64,000 bases of DNA, from positions 1,647-65,646 of the forward strand of contig JAZUPD010000087.1 in assembly GCA_045604985.1 (NCBI GenBank), given 5' to 3'. The notes below the pieces were generated by a model, which made no database searches, was not told the origin of the DNA, and saw only the letters and a program-made list of their open reading frames with translations. This document shows positions 18,611-27,498 of this stretch, piece after piece (position 1 is the first letter of the stretch; each line of letters starts with the position of its first letter). A program made the translations under genes and the position numbers. The DNA comes from Eubacteriales bacterium. GTDB lineage: Bacteria; Bacillota; Clostridia; Oscillospirales; CAG-272.

Positions 18611-20098
18611 ATGCGTCGTAAAAATAATCTGCTCCGTAGCCCTGTGTTCAATATCTTGACAACACTGCTTTTGGTTGCGGTTCTTGCACTTTTCTATAAA
18701 TTTGCACTCACGAATTACACAAATAATCTTAAAAATGACCTTGAAACCATTGATACTGCAAGGATAAATCAGGTTTTGGAAGCACCGAAAACGATAGACG
18801 AAGCACTGAACGTCATTGGAAAGGTTGACTCCATAAGACCAATAGATGTTGATATAATCGAGTACTGCATCGAGAATATTAGAGACGATATCTGCGACAG
18901 AATTTGCGAGTATCTTGAAGATACAGAATATTCAGATGCTATGTGGGAAGAGCTTTGTGGCTATACACTTCATGCACTTTATGATCTTACCTACGAAAAT
19001 TTTGAAGACTACAACTATATAGAGATCCAAAATGCGGAAAACGAGCTTACCATCACCTTTGCGGGCGATATCAACCTTGATACCACCAAAAAGCATTGGT
19101 GGTCTCCGCTAGTGGTTCATTCAAGGAACAGAACGAATCTTTTGGAGGCTGCTTTTTCATCTGAGCTTTCCGAAAAGATGCTCGGTGCAGATCTTTTCTG
19201 CGTCAACCTTGAAAGTCCGTTCATTTCTTCTGGCAGCCAGCCGATTGATAACAAATGGAGACACGGCTCATCCGCCGAAAATGTAACTGTTTTGGGAACG
19301 CTTGGTATAGATCTTGTAAATATTGCTAATGACAGAATCTTTGATTATTCTGCAAGTGGCTTGACAGATACTCTCAATGCACTTGAGCTTAATAAGATCA
19401 GCTATATTGGCGGCGGAAAGAACCTCGAGGATGCGAGAACTCCCAGATATATTCTCGCATGCGGAAGAAAAATAGCAATAGTTGCTGCGGTCCAGACCAA
19501 AACGGACAATACCATGGCACCTGAGGCAGGTACAAAGACACCGGGGCTTATTTATTCCACGAACTCCACCTATTTCAATGCAATGATAAGCAACGCTGCG
19601 GAAAACGCTGACTATGTTATCGTTTATACAGATTGGGAAAACGGAACGAACGCAAATCCCGAAGCATCACAAGCAGTTCTTGCTCACAGCTTTATAAAAT
19701 CCGGTGCTGATATAGTCATAGGAACAAAATCTGCGATCATGCAGTCCATCGAATATTATGAAGGAAAACCCATAATATATGGAATAGGTAATTTCTGGTA
19801 CGAAACCGACAGGCATGAAGCACTTCTGGTGGAGATAAACTTCACAAAAGACATCGTATACAACACAGCAAGTACAACAGATTCACATTTCGATTATACA
19901 CAGACAAGATATGCTGTAAATTATGAGCCTACCATTTCCTGTCTGCCCTGCATTCAGGACAAAGCTGTTACAAGGCTTGCTGCGGGAACAGAAGAAGGAA
20001 CAAAAATTATAGATAATCTCATCAAAATCTCGGAATCGAAAATTGCCATAGATGCAAAGGGACTTCTTACGGAAGCAGAGAATATACCCGCTGAATAA
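18611..20098 (+). CDS. membrane-anchored CapA/PGA_cap-family (metallophosphatase-fold) protein, apparently degenerate
   Basis: N-terminal TM helix. LTITFAGDINLD, CVNLESPF, IGGGKNLEDA and YGIGNFWY blocks match the family. Start at ATG 18611, 7 nt after GGAGG. Confidence 0.7.
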   Translation: MRRKNNLLRSPVFNILTTLLLVAVLALFYKFALTNYTNNLKNDLETIDTARINQVLEAPKTIDEALNVIGKVDSIRPIDVDIIEYCIENIRDDICDRICEYLEDTEYSDAMWEELCGYTLHALYDLTYENFEDYNYIEIQNAENELTITFAGDINLDTTKKHWWSPLVVHSRNRTNLLEAAFSSELSEKMLGADLFCVNLESPFISSGSQPIDNKWRHGSSAENVTVLGTLGIDLVNIANDRIFDYSASGLTDTLNALELNKISYIGGGKNLEDARTPRYILACGRKIAIVAAVQTKTDNTMAPEAGTKTPGLIYSTNSTYFNAMISNAAENADYVIVYTDWENGTNANPEASQAVLAHSFIKSGADIVIGTKSAIMQSIEYYEGKPIIYGIGNFWYETDRHEALLVEINFTKDIVYNTASTTDSHFDYTQTRYAVNYEPTISCLPCIQDKAVTRLAAGTEEGTKIIDNLIKISESKIAIDAKGLLTEAENIPAE

Positions 20099-20114
20099 TT
20101 TATAATAAAATAGC

Positions 20115-20141
20115 GAGGGTGGCCCACAGCCACCCTCTTTT
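20115..20141 (+). terminator. intrinsic terminator
   Basis: GAGGGTGGC-ccac-aGCCACCCTC followed by TTTT. Confidence 0.55.
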
Positions 20142-20159
20142 ACAAAGGAAAATGTAAAA

Positions 20160-22682
20160 ATGAAAAAATTACTTGTCGTTGATGGAAACAGCATACTCAA
20201 CAGAGCTTATTACGGGGTCAGGATTCTTACAAACAAGGACGGACTTCCAACAAATGCCCTTTTCGGCATAGTAAATATACTTGCAAAGCAGCTTGAGGCA
20301 GTTAAGCCGGACTATACTGCGGTTGCCTTTGATCTAAAAGCACCAACCTTCAGGCACATGATGTTTGCAAATTACAAGTCCGGCAGAAAGCCTATGCCGG
20401 AGGAGCTTTCACTCCAGCTTCCTTATTCGAAGGATATTTGCCGTGCAATGGGCTTTACCGTTATCGAAAAAGAGGGCTATGAGGCAGACGATATCCTTGG
20501 CACACTTGCAAGTGCTGCACATAATGAGGAAATCGCTGCATATATTCTCACCGGCGACCGCGATTCTCTCCAGCTCATATCCGAAGACGGCATGGTAAAG
20601 GTGCTTCTTGCAACAAACACGGATACCGTCACGATGGATGAGGAAAAATTCAGAGAAAAATACGGTGTTTCGTCTGCAGTTTTCGTTGATGTAAAGGCAC
20701 TTATGGGGGATTCCTCGGACAATATCCCGGGTGTCCCCGGAATAGGCGAAAAAACAGCCCTTAAGCTCATTGCAGAGCATGGATCGCTTGACGGAGTCTA
20801 CGAAACACTGGAGACTGCTGTGCATACCCCCTCGGTAAAAAAGAAACTGCAAGACGGAAAGGATAGCGCATATCTTTCACTGAACCTTGCAAGAATAAAT
20901 TGCTCCGTGCCACTTGGTATAAAGCTCAACGATCTTGCAAACACGGGTTTTGACAAAGAAAAGCTCACCGAGCTATTTACAAAATTTGAGTTTTCAAGTT
21001 TTATAAAAAGATTTGGGCTTGATTCCTCTGCCGTCCCCGTAAAGGAAATAACTGAATGTGAAAAAATCATCGCAGGAGCTGATTATTTGGAAAAGCTCGA
21101 AGGAAGCACCGTCGCCCTTTACGCAGGGGATGACGTTTCGATTTTTGACGGCAAAAAGACCGTAGTTATCAAAGGCGACATTTCTCTTATCACTTCCCTC
21201 CTCGCAAGTGAAAGGAAAATTGTAACCTACGATTCGAAATCCCTCTATAAAAAGCTTCACGAAGAAGGCATAGAATATAGGAACGTTCATCATGATATCA
21301 TGCTTTCCGCATACGTGCTCAATCCCGCCTCCTCCTTTGACCTTCCCCGCCTCGCCCTAGAGTATATGAATGTCGTCGCCATACCAAATGGCTCTGAAGC
21401 GCAGATAATATATTCTGTTTATAAAAAAATATCCGAAAAGCTTAAGGAGATACCCGAGGCAGAACGTCTCCTCTATCACATTGAAATGCCCCTTGCCGCA
21501 CATCTTGCAGAAATGGAGATAAACGGATTCAGAATCGACATAAAGGGACTTCGTGAATACGGAGAAAAGCTTTCCGCACTCCTTTCAGACCTTGAAAACA
21601 GGATCTATTTTTCCGCAGGTGAGGAATTTAACATAAATTCCCCATCACAGCTCGGAAAGATTCTGTTTGAAAAACTCGGACTTCCTGCAGAGAAAAAAAC
21701 AAAAACCGGAGGATATTCAACCAATGCTGAAATTCTCGAAAAGCTACGCAAGAGTCATCCCATCGTCGATGATATCCTTGAATACAGAAAGGTCTCAAAG
21801 CTAAAAGGGACTTATGTTGACGGTTTTTTCAAGGTTGCTGACACGGAAGGAAAGGTCCATTCATGCTTCAATCAAACCGGCACGGTTACGGGCAGACTTT
21901 CATCAAGCGAACCAAATCTTCAGAACATCCCGATAAGAACCGAGCTTGGGCGTGAGCTTCGAAAATTCTTCATTCCGAAAAATGAAGATTATAGGCTTAT
22001 TGATGCCGATTATTCCCAAATTGAGCTGAGAGTTCTTGCAGCAATTTCGGGGGACGAGGCAATGATTCGTGCGTTTACTTCAGGCACGGATATACACACT
22101 TCAACCGCCGCAACCGTTTTCGGAGTGCGCCCTGAGGTGGTAACGAGCGAAATGAGAAAGCGAGCAAAGGCAATAAATTTTGGCATTGTTTACGGAATGG
22201 GAGAGTTTTCTCTTGCAGAGGATCTCGGAATCACTCGCACTCAGGCTAAAAAATATATCGAAAGTTATCTTTCGAGCTACCCAGCGGTTTGCGAATATCT
22301 AAATAACATAGTTTCCGAAGCTTATGAGAGGGGATATGTAACGACCCTTTTCGGCAGAAGAAGATATATTCCGGAGCTTGCTCAGCAGAATAAGAATCTC
22401 AAAAATTTTGGAGAGCGAGTTGCCAAAAACAGCCCCATTCAAGGTACTGCCGCCGACATTATAAAAATCGCCATGATAAATACCGGCGACAGACTGAAGG
22501 AAAGGGGTATAGATGCAAGACTTATCCTTCAGGTCCATGACGAGCTTATTCTTGAAGCTCATCGGGAATGTGCAGAGGAAGCTGCAAGTATACTTGAGGA
22601 ATGCATGGAAAATGCAATTTCACTCGGTGTTCCGCTTTTGGCAAAAGCAAGCATCGGCAAAACTTGGTTTGATAATAAATAG
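20160..22682 (+). CDS. polA: DNA polymerase I
   Basis: 5'-nuclease N-terminus (LLVVDGNSILNRAYY, GDSSDNIPGVPGIGEKTA) and family-A polymerase motifs (DYSQIELRVLA, RRxAKAINFGIVYGM, QVHDELILE). Confidence 0.95.
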   Translation: MKKLLVVDGNSILNRAYYGVRILTNKDGLPTNALFGIVNILAKQLEAVKPDYTAVAFDLKAPTFRHMMFANYKSGRKPMPEELSLQLPYSKDICRAMGFTVIEKEGYEADDILGTLASAAHNEEIAAYILTGDRDSLQLISEDGMVKVLLATNTDTVTMDEEKFREKYGVSSAVFVDVKALMGDSSDNIPGVPGIGEKTALKLIAEHGSLDGVYETLETAVHTPSVKKKLQDGKDSAYLSLNLARINCSVPLGIKLNDLANTGFDKEKLTELFTKFEFSSFIKRFGLDSSAVPVKEITECEKIIAGADYLEKLEGSTVALYAGDDVSIFDGKKTVVIKGDISLITSLLASERKIVTYDSKSLYKKLHEEGIEYRNVHHDIMLSAYVLNPASSFDLPRLALEYMNVVAIPNGSEAQIIYSVYKKISEKLKEIPEAERLLYHIEMPLAAHLAEMEINGFRIDIKGLREYGEKLSALLSDLENRIYFSAGEEFNINSPSQLGKILFEKLGLPAEKKTKTGGYSTNAEILEKLRKSHPIVDDILEYRKVSKLKGTYVDGFFKVADTEGKVHSCFNQTGTVTGRLSSSEPNLQNIPIRTELGRELRKFFIPKNEDYRLIDADYSQIELRVLAAISGDEAMIRAFTSGTDIHTSTAATVFGVRPEVVTSEMRKRAKAINFGIVYGMGEFSLAEDLGITRTQAKKYIESYLSSYPAVCEYLNNIVSEAYERGYVTTLFGRRRYIPELAQQNKNLKNFGERVAKNSPIQGTAADIIKIAMINTGDRLKERGIDARLILQVHDELILEAHRECAEEAASILEECMENAISLGVPLLAKASIGKTWFDNK

Positions 22683-22683
22683 A

Positions 22684-22727
22684 GCATAAAAAGTCAAGGA
22701 GTTGATCATTCCTTGGCTTTTTATGCT
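22684..22727 (+). terminator. long hairpin terminator after polA
   Basis: GCATAAAAAGTCAAGGA-gttgatcat-TCCTTGGCTTTTTATGC, a 17-bp stem with one mismatch. The U-run is embedded in the descending arm. Confidence 0.5.
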
Positions 22728-22775
22728 GTTGTTGAATGATAAACAAACACAAACTCACCGACAAATTTCTATTTA

Positions 22776-22814
22776 CCGAAAAGGAGCCGACTCACTTAAA
22801 CGTGAATTGGCTCC
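22776..22814 (-). terminator. intrinsic terminator of the spoIIIA operon
   Basis: Minus strand: GGAGCCAATTCAC-gtttaa-GTGAGTCGGCTCC followed by TTTT, 28 nt after the spoIIIAH stop. Confidence 0.5.
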
Positions 22815-22841
22815 GTTTTGCTATGTTTGCTCTTTAAAAGC

Positions 22842-23417
22842 TTATTTGCTTATGATTTTTATATTTTCAGGAAGTATTCCCGTCTGCTCATAAACGATCT
22901 CGTTTATCTGCGATATCTGTGTGTCAAGAAGTTCATCTCCATTGACTATAACGCTGACAGTACCCCCGCTCACTACCGCAACGCACTGCTCAAAGCCCTT
23001 TGAAACAACAAGAGCCTCGATATTGCTCTCGTTTTCCATATCCGCCGCTATTTGTCCGATCGCCGCAAGTGCCTTCTCTTTTGATGCATCATCCGCCTCC
23101 TCGTTATAAGCAACGCTCTGAAGAACCTCCATCGCCTCGTCTCTGGCTCTCTTACGGTTTATAAGAGAGGTTGAAAAATATTTGTCCACTTCGCCGTCTG
23201 CATTATCGTTCACAGCATCGGTCTCGGTATTTCCCCCGTCCATTCCAACTGCAGCAGAGTAATCAAAGCCATCTTTGCTATCTGCAGAGCCGAAAAGAAT
23301 AATGTTGAGCAATATTGCCGCTCCGATAAGAAGAACGCTGCAAGCGATCATGGCGTTTTTCTTACCAATCTTAAGAACCAATTCCTTTGTCTTTTTCCAT
23401 GCTTCATTTAGTTTCAT
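22842..23417 (-). CDS. spoIIIAH: stage III sporulation protein AH
   Basis: Last gene of the spoIIIA cluster. N-terminal TM (IACSVLLIGAAILLNIILF), acidic linker and a C-terminal YscJ/FliF-like ring-building segment (NIEALVVSKGFEQCVAVVSGGTVSVIV). Confidence 0.8.
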   Translation of the reverse strand: MKLNEAWKKTKELVLKIGKKNAMIACSVLLIGAAILLNIILFGSADSKDGFDYSAAVGMDGGNTETDAVNDNADGEVDKYFSTSLINRKRARDEAMEVLQSVAYNEEADDASKEKALAAIGQIAADMENESNIEALVVSKGFEQCVAVVSGGTVSVIVNGDELLDTQISQINEIVYEQTGILPENIKIISK

Positions 23418-23449
23418 AATAATATCCTCCGTTATTTGTTTCTTGGTAT

Positions 23450-23478
23450 ATAGTATGGATGATGATTCTTATTTATGA
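23450..23478 (-). promoter_or_regulatory. candidate sigmaE-type internal promoter upstream of spoIIIAH
   Basis: Minus strand: TCATAAA (23478-23472), 14 nt, CATACTAT (23457-23450). The remembered sigmaE consensus is kmATAww-14-CATACAnT. Confidence 0.3.
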
Positions 23479-23481
23479 CTG

Positions 23482-23814
23482 TTAAGGCATATCTTTTTTT
23501 GAATATGTAATATAAATCCTGTTGCTAGGCACATTGCAGGATGCGGAAATGAGGGAAAGCAATCTGTGTGCAACATCGGGATCATCTCCACCCGTGCAAA
23601 CAACGCCGATACCGCTGATTTTTTCTCCATCTATCGAAACTGCAACAGTGACCTCGCCCGCTCCATCCACTCTCTCGCAAAGTGCCTTTATCTTCTGCTC
23701 TTCAATTTTCTCGGCACTGCCTGCCGCCATAGAAAAATCAAATGTCAAAAGAAAGACTCCGAGAATCGCGCAAAGGACGATTACAATCCATTTTTTAAAC
23801 TGAATCTTCAACAT
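23482..23814 (-). CDS. spoIIIAG: stage III sporulation protein AG (short form)
   Basis: Position between AF and AH. N-terminal TM plus GAGEVTVAVS...GIGVVCTGGDDPDVAHRLLSLISASCNVPSNRIYI resembles the SpoIIIAG ring-building motif. Only 110 aa. Confidence 0.65.
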   Translation of the reverse strand: MLKIQFKKWIVIVLCAILGVFLLTFDFSMAAGSAEKIEEQKIKALCERVDGAGEVTVAVSIDGEKISGIGVVCTGGDDPDVAHRLLSLISASCNVPSNRIYITYSKKDMP

Positions 23815-23823
23815 TTTTTCACC

Positions 23824-24294
23824 TCATCTTACCTTGCACCCGCAACCCAATTTTTTATTCAAAAAGCTCTCCACCCTTCCCGGATTTATCAATAGTCCCT
23901 TTCCGGAAAGAAACACCTCAACGCTATCAAGAGAAAAGGCGTTTTCAGCTTTTTTCAAGGTACAATCAACCCTTATCTCATCCTCATCCAGTGAATATTC
24001 GTCCGAAACAAGACGCACTATCGCTTCATCCGCTTCCTTTTTTGTAATATCTCCAAGGGTTTCGAGCCATGCGTCCTCATATGAATATGTTTCAATGCTC
24101 AATATTTCCGAAAAAGCCGAGTTGTCATATTTTTTTACGAAGGACACCAAGGGTGCTCCGATGACGAGTATCATTATGAGAGAGAGCAAAAGAGTAAAGG
24201 CTTTTTTTATTACTCCCTCCCCCACAGGAAGCAACCCCAGTGAAGCTGTACCGAGAGCCGAAAAAGATATTATAGAAAAAATATAATCTTTCAT
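23824..24294 (-). CDS. spoIIIAF: stage III sporulation protein AF
   Basis: 156 aa, two N-terminal TM helices, position in the operon. Confidence 0.75.
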   Translation of the reverse strand: MKDYIFSIISFSALGTASLGLLPVGEGVIKKAFTLLLSLIMILVIGAPLVSFVKKYDNSAFSEILSIETYSYEDAWLETLGDITKKEADEAIVRLVSDEYSLDEDEIRVDCTLKKAENAFSLDSVEVFLSGKGLLINPGRVESFLNKKLGCGCKVR

Positions 24295-24295
24295 C

Positions 24296-25426
24296 TCATC
24301 CTCCTATCGCCGCACTGCATCTCACAAAAAGAGTGAGTGCATATATAAATATCACCGAGCACATGGCACAGACCGCCAGAAGATATCCGTAAATATCACC
24401 TATCTCGGAGAGAAAAGCCCCTTCTCTATCGCACCCAAGCATTTTTGAAACAGATGAGCTGATACCCAAAACATTTCTTCCCAAAATGAGAGAAATGAGA
24501 GTTGGCAAAAGCATTATCAATATCACGGCAATGGCTATTCCTCCCGTATAGCCTCTTATATATTCTATACTTGCTGCAACCGTTCTGTATGAATCCCCCA
24601 CTGTTCCGCCGACAACGGGAATAAAGCTGGAGATTGCTTGTTTTGCGGCTCTTGCGCCAAAGCTGTCAGCCTTTGAGGCAAGCTGATTCTGCACTCCCAT
24701 AACAAGCGACATTATAGCAACGACAAGCCCTATTCCAAAGGTATATGTCTTTTTGAAGCAAGCTGAAAGCTCAGAGGCAGAAAGTTTTTTTGAAAAAGCA
24801 GAGCAAAGGGCAAATGCAAGGCATATACCAACTATCGGCATGAGCGTTTTTCCAAGAAAATTTTCGCATATTGCAAGGAAAAAACCAAGAGAAGCAGTAC
24901 CCGCACTTGCCGCATAGGTGTTTCCCCCTGCCGCATAAATCACTCCCATCAAAGGAATCATTGAATTGACAAGTGCCAAAAGCCGATCAATAAAATCCCG
25001 AACCATCCCCATGGCATTCCACTGCTCGTATATTATCGCCAACGCAAACGCCATGGAAGTACAAAGCGAAAACTGCTTCCGAAGAGCCTCGTCACCATTT
25101 CCCTCAAAGATCGAATGTGCAAGTGCTGAGAGAAGTATAAGTGCCAAAAGACGCGCAAGCATCTTAAGCATATCCACCATATAAAAGCCAAGATGATCGA
25201 GAATAAGACCAAATATATATTGGGGTGATGTCAGTTTTTCAACACCACGAAATCGCTCCTCCTCATTTTCCGAAAAAATCCCCTCGGGAAGGAGTCCGCT
25301 AATATCGTCAGGTATCTCATTTGTAAAGTTCTTATATTCTAATCCGTATTCTACTCCTTTGGCACTGAAAGAAAAAGAAACGGCAACAAGAAGAATAAAA
25401 AATGCTATTTTTAAAGCCTTTACCAT
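24296..25426 (-). CDS. spoIIIAE: stage III sporulation protein AE
   Basis: 376 aa polytopic membrane protein with signal-like N-terminus, position in the operon. Confidence 0.85.
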   Translation of the reverse strand: MVKALKIAFFILLVAVSFSFSAKGVEYGLEYKNFTNEIPDDISGLLPEGIFSENEEERFRGVEKLTSPQYIFGLILDHLGFYMVDMLKMLARLLALILLSALAHSIFEGNGDEALRKQFSLCTSMAFALAIIYEQWNAMGMVRDFIDRLLALVNSMIPLMGVIYAAGGNTYAASAGTASLGFFLAICENFLGKTLMPIVGICLAFALCSAFSKKLSASELSACFKKTYTFGIGLVVAIMSLVMGVQNQLASKADSFGARAAKQAISSFIPVVGGTVGDSYRTVAASIEYIRGYTGGIAIAVILIMLLPTLISLILGRNVLGISSSVSKMLGCDREGAFLSEIGDIYGYLLAVCAMCSVIFIYALTLFVRCSAAIGG

Positions 25427-25806
25427 GTTAGAAGCTCCTTTGATGCTGAAAGTATCCTCTCAATTAGCGGAAGAGCCAGCAACAAAAGCTCTAACCTACC
25501 AACATTTTCAATAGACCGAGCAAGTCCGCTCTCTCCACATTCGATGGCAGTTACTGATGTTATCTTCACAAGAAAAACAATGCAGAGAGCCTTTAAAATG
25601 ACCTCTCCGTATTCATAAAGTCCGCCCTCTCTTGCCGCCTCACTGAAAAAAGATATTATGGGAGACAGCATAGAAATACCGATTCCAAAAAATAGAATCC
25701 CACAGGCAGCCCGAAGCACGAAGGAATAGCTCTCGCGCAGATTTTTTACACACATCAAAGCCGAAAGGCAGAGAATTCCAACGCCGCATATTCTAAGCAC
25801 ATTCAC
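25420..25806 (-). CDS. spoIIIAD: stage III sporulation protein AD
   Basis: 128 aa, 4 TM, overlaps the AE start and AC stop. Confidence 0.8.
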   Translation of the reverse strand: MNVLRICGVGILCLSALMCVKNLRESYSFVLRAACGILFFGIGISMLSPIISFFSEAAREGGLYEYGEVILKALCIVFLVKITSVTAIECGESGLARSIENVGRLELLLLALPLIERILSASKELLTW

Positions 25807-25997
25807 AGACCAAACACCGTTTTCACGCTTTCAAAAAGCGTTCCCACCTCGCCAACAAGCATCAGGAGTACAACTATTATTCCGGATACCGTCACAAGCA
25901 TCGCCTGCTCGTCCCTTCCGCTTTTACCGAGTATCTGCGCAGCCGCTGAAACAAGAAGTCCCATTCCCGCAACCTTTAAAACCAGCGAAACATCCAT
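25803..25997 (-). CDS. spoIIIAC: stage III sporulation protein AC
   Basis: 64 aa, two TM helices (MDVSLVLKVAGMGLLVSAAAQILGKSGRDEQAMLVT...). Confidence 0.8.
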   Translation of the reverse strand: MDVSLVLKVAGMGLLVSAAAQILGKSGRDEQAMLVTVSGIIVVLLMLVGEVGTLFESVKTVFGL

Positions 25998-26019
25998 ACC
26001 GTTAAATTTCCTTTCAGAT

Positions 26020-26499
26020 TTAAATTATCAGAATGATAAATCCAAGAGCCATGCAGAGAGAAACAGTAAAATACATCCTGCATTTTGCACTGTATTCCTC
26101 CTCCCTTTTTGTAAGGGACTCGGATAGAAAATCCGAATAATATGCACACCTTTGTATTTCCTCATCTCTAAAATTTCTGCCAAGTCCTGAGAAAAATTCC
26201 CGTGCCTTTCGGGCATCTTCAGTATAAAGCTCCCTTTCTGCAAGCGCAGACAGAAAAGAAATATCTATTTTTTCGGGGTGCACCTTTAAAACATCATCTA
26301 TACCGCACATATCAATACTTTCAATTATTCTTTCAATAGGCATATCAAGCATTTTTATCTGCCTTTTTATTTCAAAAGCAAGACTCGAAAAAAAGCGAAG
26401 CATATTGAGCCTTCTTTTCTCCGCAAAATAATGCATAAAAGCCCAAAGCAATGCTGCTGAGATCAATAACAGAGCACCGACGATCTTAACTGCCGTCAT
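26020..26499 (-). CDS. spoIIIAB: stage III sporulation protein AB
   Basis: 159 aa with N- and C-terminal TM helices flanking a soluble helical domain, position in the operon. Confidence 0.75.
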   Translation of the reverse strand: MTAVKIVGALLLISAALLWAFMHYFAEKRRLNMLRFFSSLAFEIKRQIKMLDMPIERIIESIDMCGIDDVLKVHPEKIDISFLSALAERELYTEDARKAREFFSGLGRNFRDEEIQRCAYYSDFLSESLTKREEEYSAKCRMYFTVSLCMALGFIILII

Positions 26500-26506
26500 A
26501 TACTTT

Positions 26507-27397
26507 TTAAATATCCTCTCTGCTTATCATTTTGCAAAAACATTTTGTCTCCCCCTCATTTCTTTCAAGCTTAAGATAGCTGCCAAATATCCCCGCACTG
26601 TGAAGCTCTGCTATTCCCTCTCGCAAAATCAGCTCGTTAAGGTTTTCTCCGTGGGCACTGGCAATTATCGGAACTCCGCAGTTTCTTGCTGAAAGCAATG
26701 CCGCCGCTTCCCCTTTCGAGCCTATCTCATCACAAATAATAAACTGTGGATTCAAGGCTCTTATGGCTATCTCTATACCAACACCCCTTGGGTATTCTTC
26801 GAGAATGTCGAGCTTCAGATTCTCTCCGTCAAGCCCCGCAGAAAGCTCTCCGCCGCTATCTATGAGAGCCACTCTTTTTCCGTATTTTCCCGAAATATCT
26901 CTCGCTATCGCTTTCAGAAAAGTTGTTTTTCCAACCCCCGGCTTTGAAAAAAGCAAAACACCGGTTCCCTTTTCGGAAATTATCCCGCCAAGTTCCCCGA
27001 TATCGGGCAAAAAAGTACATGGCAAACGAATATTCAGCGAAGTTATATCATGAACAGCCTCTACCTTTCCGCTCCTTACCACCGCTCTGCCGCAAGCACC
27101 TACCCTTATTCCTCCCTCTGCTCTCATCCCTCCATAGCAGATCTCATCGCTGTGAGCATAAACAGAGCCGCCACAGAGCTTATAAAAACACTCTCGAAGC
27201 TCCTTTTCATCGGGAACAGAAGATCCGAGATAGCTTGTCCCCGAAAAAACGAACTCACTCCTTCTTCCGCACCTGAGCCTTATCTCCTCTGCATTGCCAC
27301 CGGCTTTTCTCAAAATCCTTTCATAATCACATAGCACCTTCATCGGCAAACCCCTAAGAAGCAATGGCGGCAAAGCATTGTTGCTGTTTTTTTGCAT
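26507..27397 (-). CDS. spoIIIAA: stage III sporulation protein AA (secretion-type ATPase)
   Basis: Walker A SKPGVGKTT and Walker B FIICDEIG. First gene of the cluster. Start at ATG 27397, 8 nt after GGGGAG. The ORF-track GTG at 27406 abuts the RBS. Confidence 0.85.
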   Translation of the reverse strand: MQKNSNNALPPLLLRGLPMKVLCDYERILRKAGGNAEEIRLRCGRRSEFVFSGTSYLGSSVPDEKELRECFYKLCGGSVYAHSDEICYGGMRAEGGIRVGACGRAVVRSGKVEAVHDITSLNIRLPCTFLPDIGELGGIISEKGTGVLLFSKPGVGKTTFLKAIARDISGKYGKRVALIDSGGELSAGLDGENLKLDILEEYPRGVGIEIAIRALNPQFIICDEIGSKGEAAALLSARNCGVPIIASAHGENLNELILREGIAELHSAGIFGSYLKLERNEGETKCFCKMISREDI

Positions 27398-27446
27398 CAA
27401 AATCACTCCCCCGATAAATACTATTCGTAAGAAGGAAAAATAATTA

Positions 27447-27478
27447 CAAAAAAAGACCGATCCACAAAAAATGTGGAT
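27447..27478 (-). terminator. intrinsic terminator of the malic enzyme gene
   Basis: Minus strand: GATCCACA-tttttt-TGTGGATC, then ggtc and TTTTTTT. Confidence 0.55.
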
Positions 27479-27498
27479 CAGCCCATATTCAGAAATAA

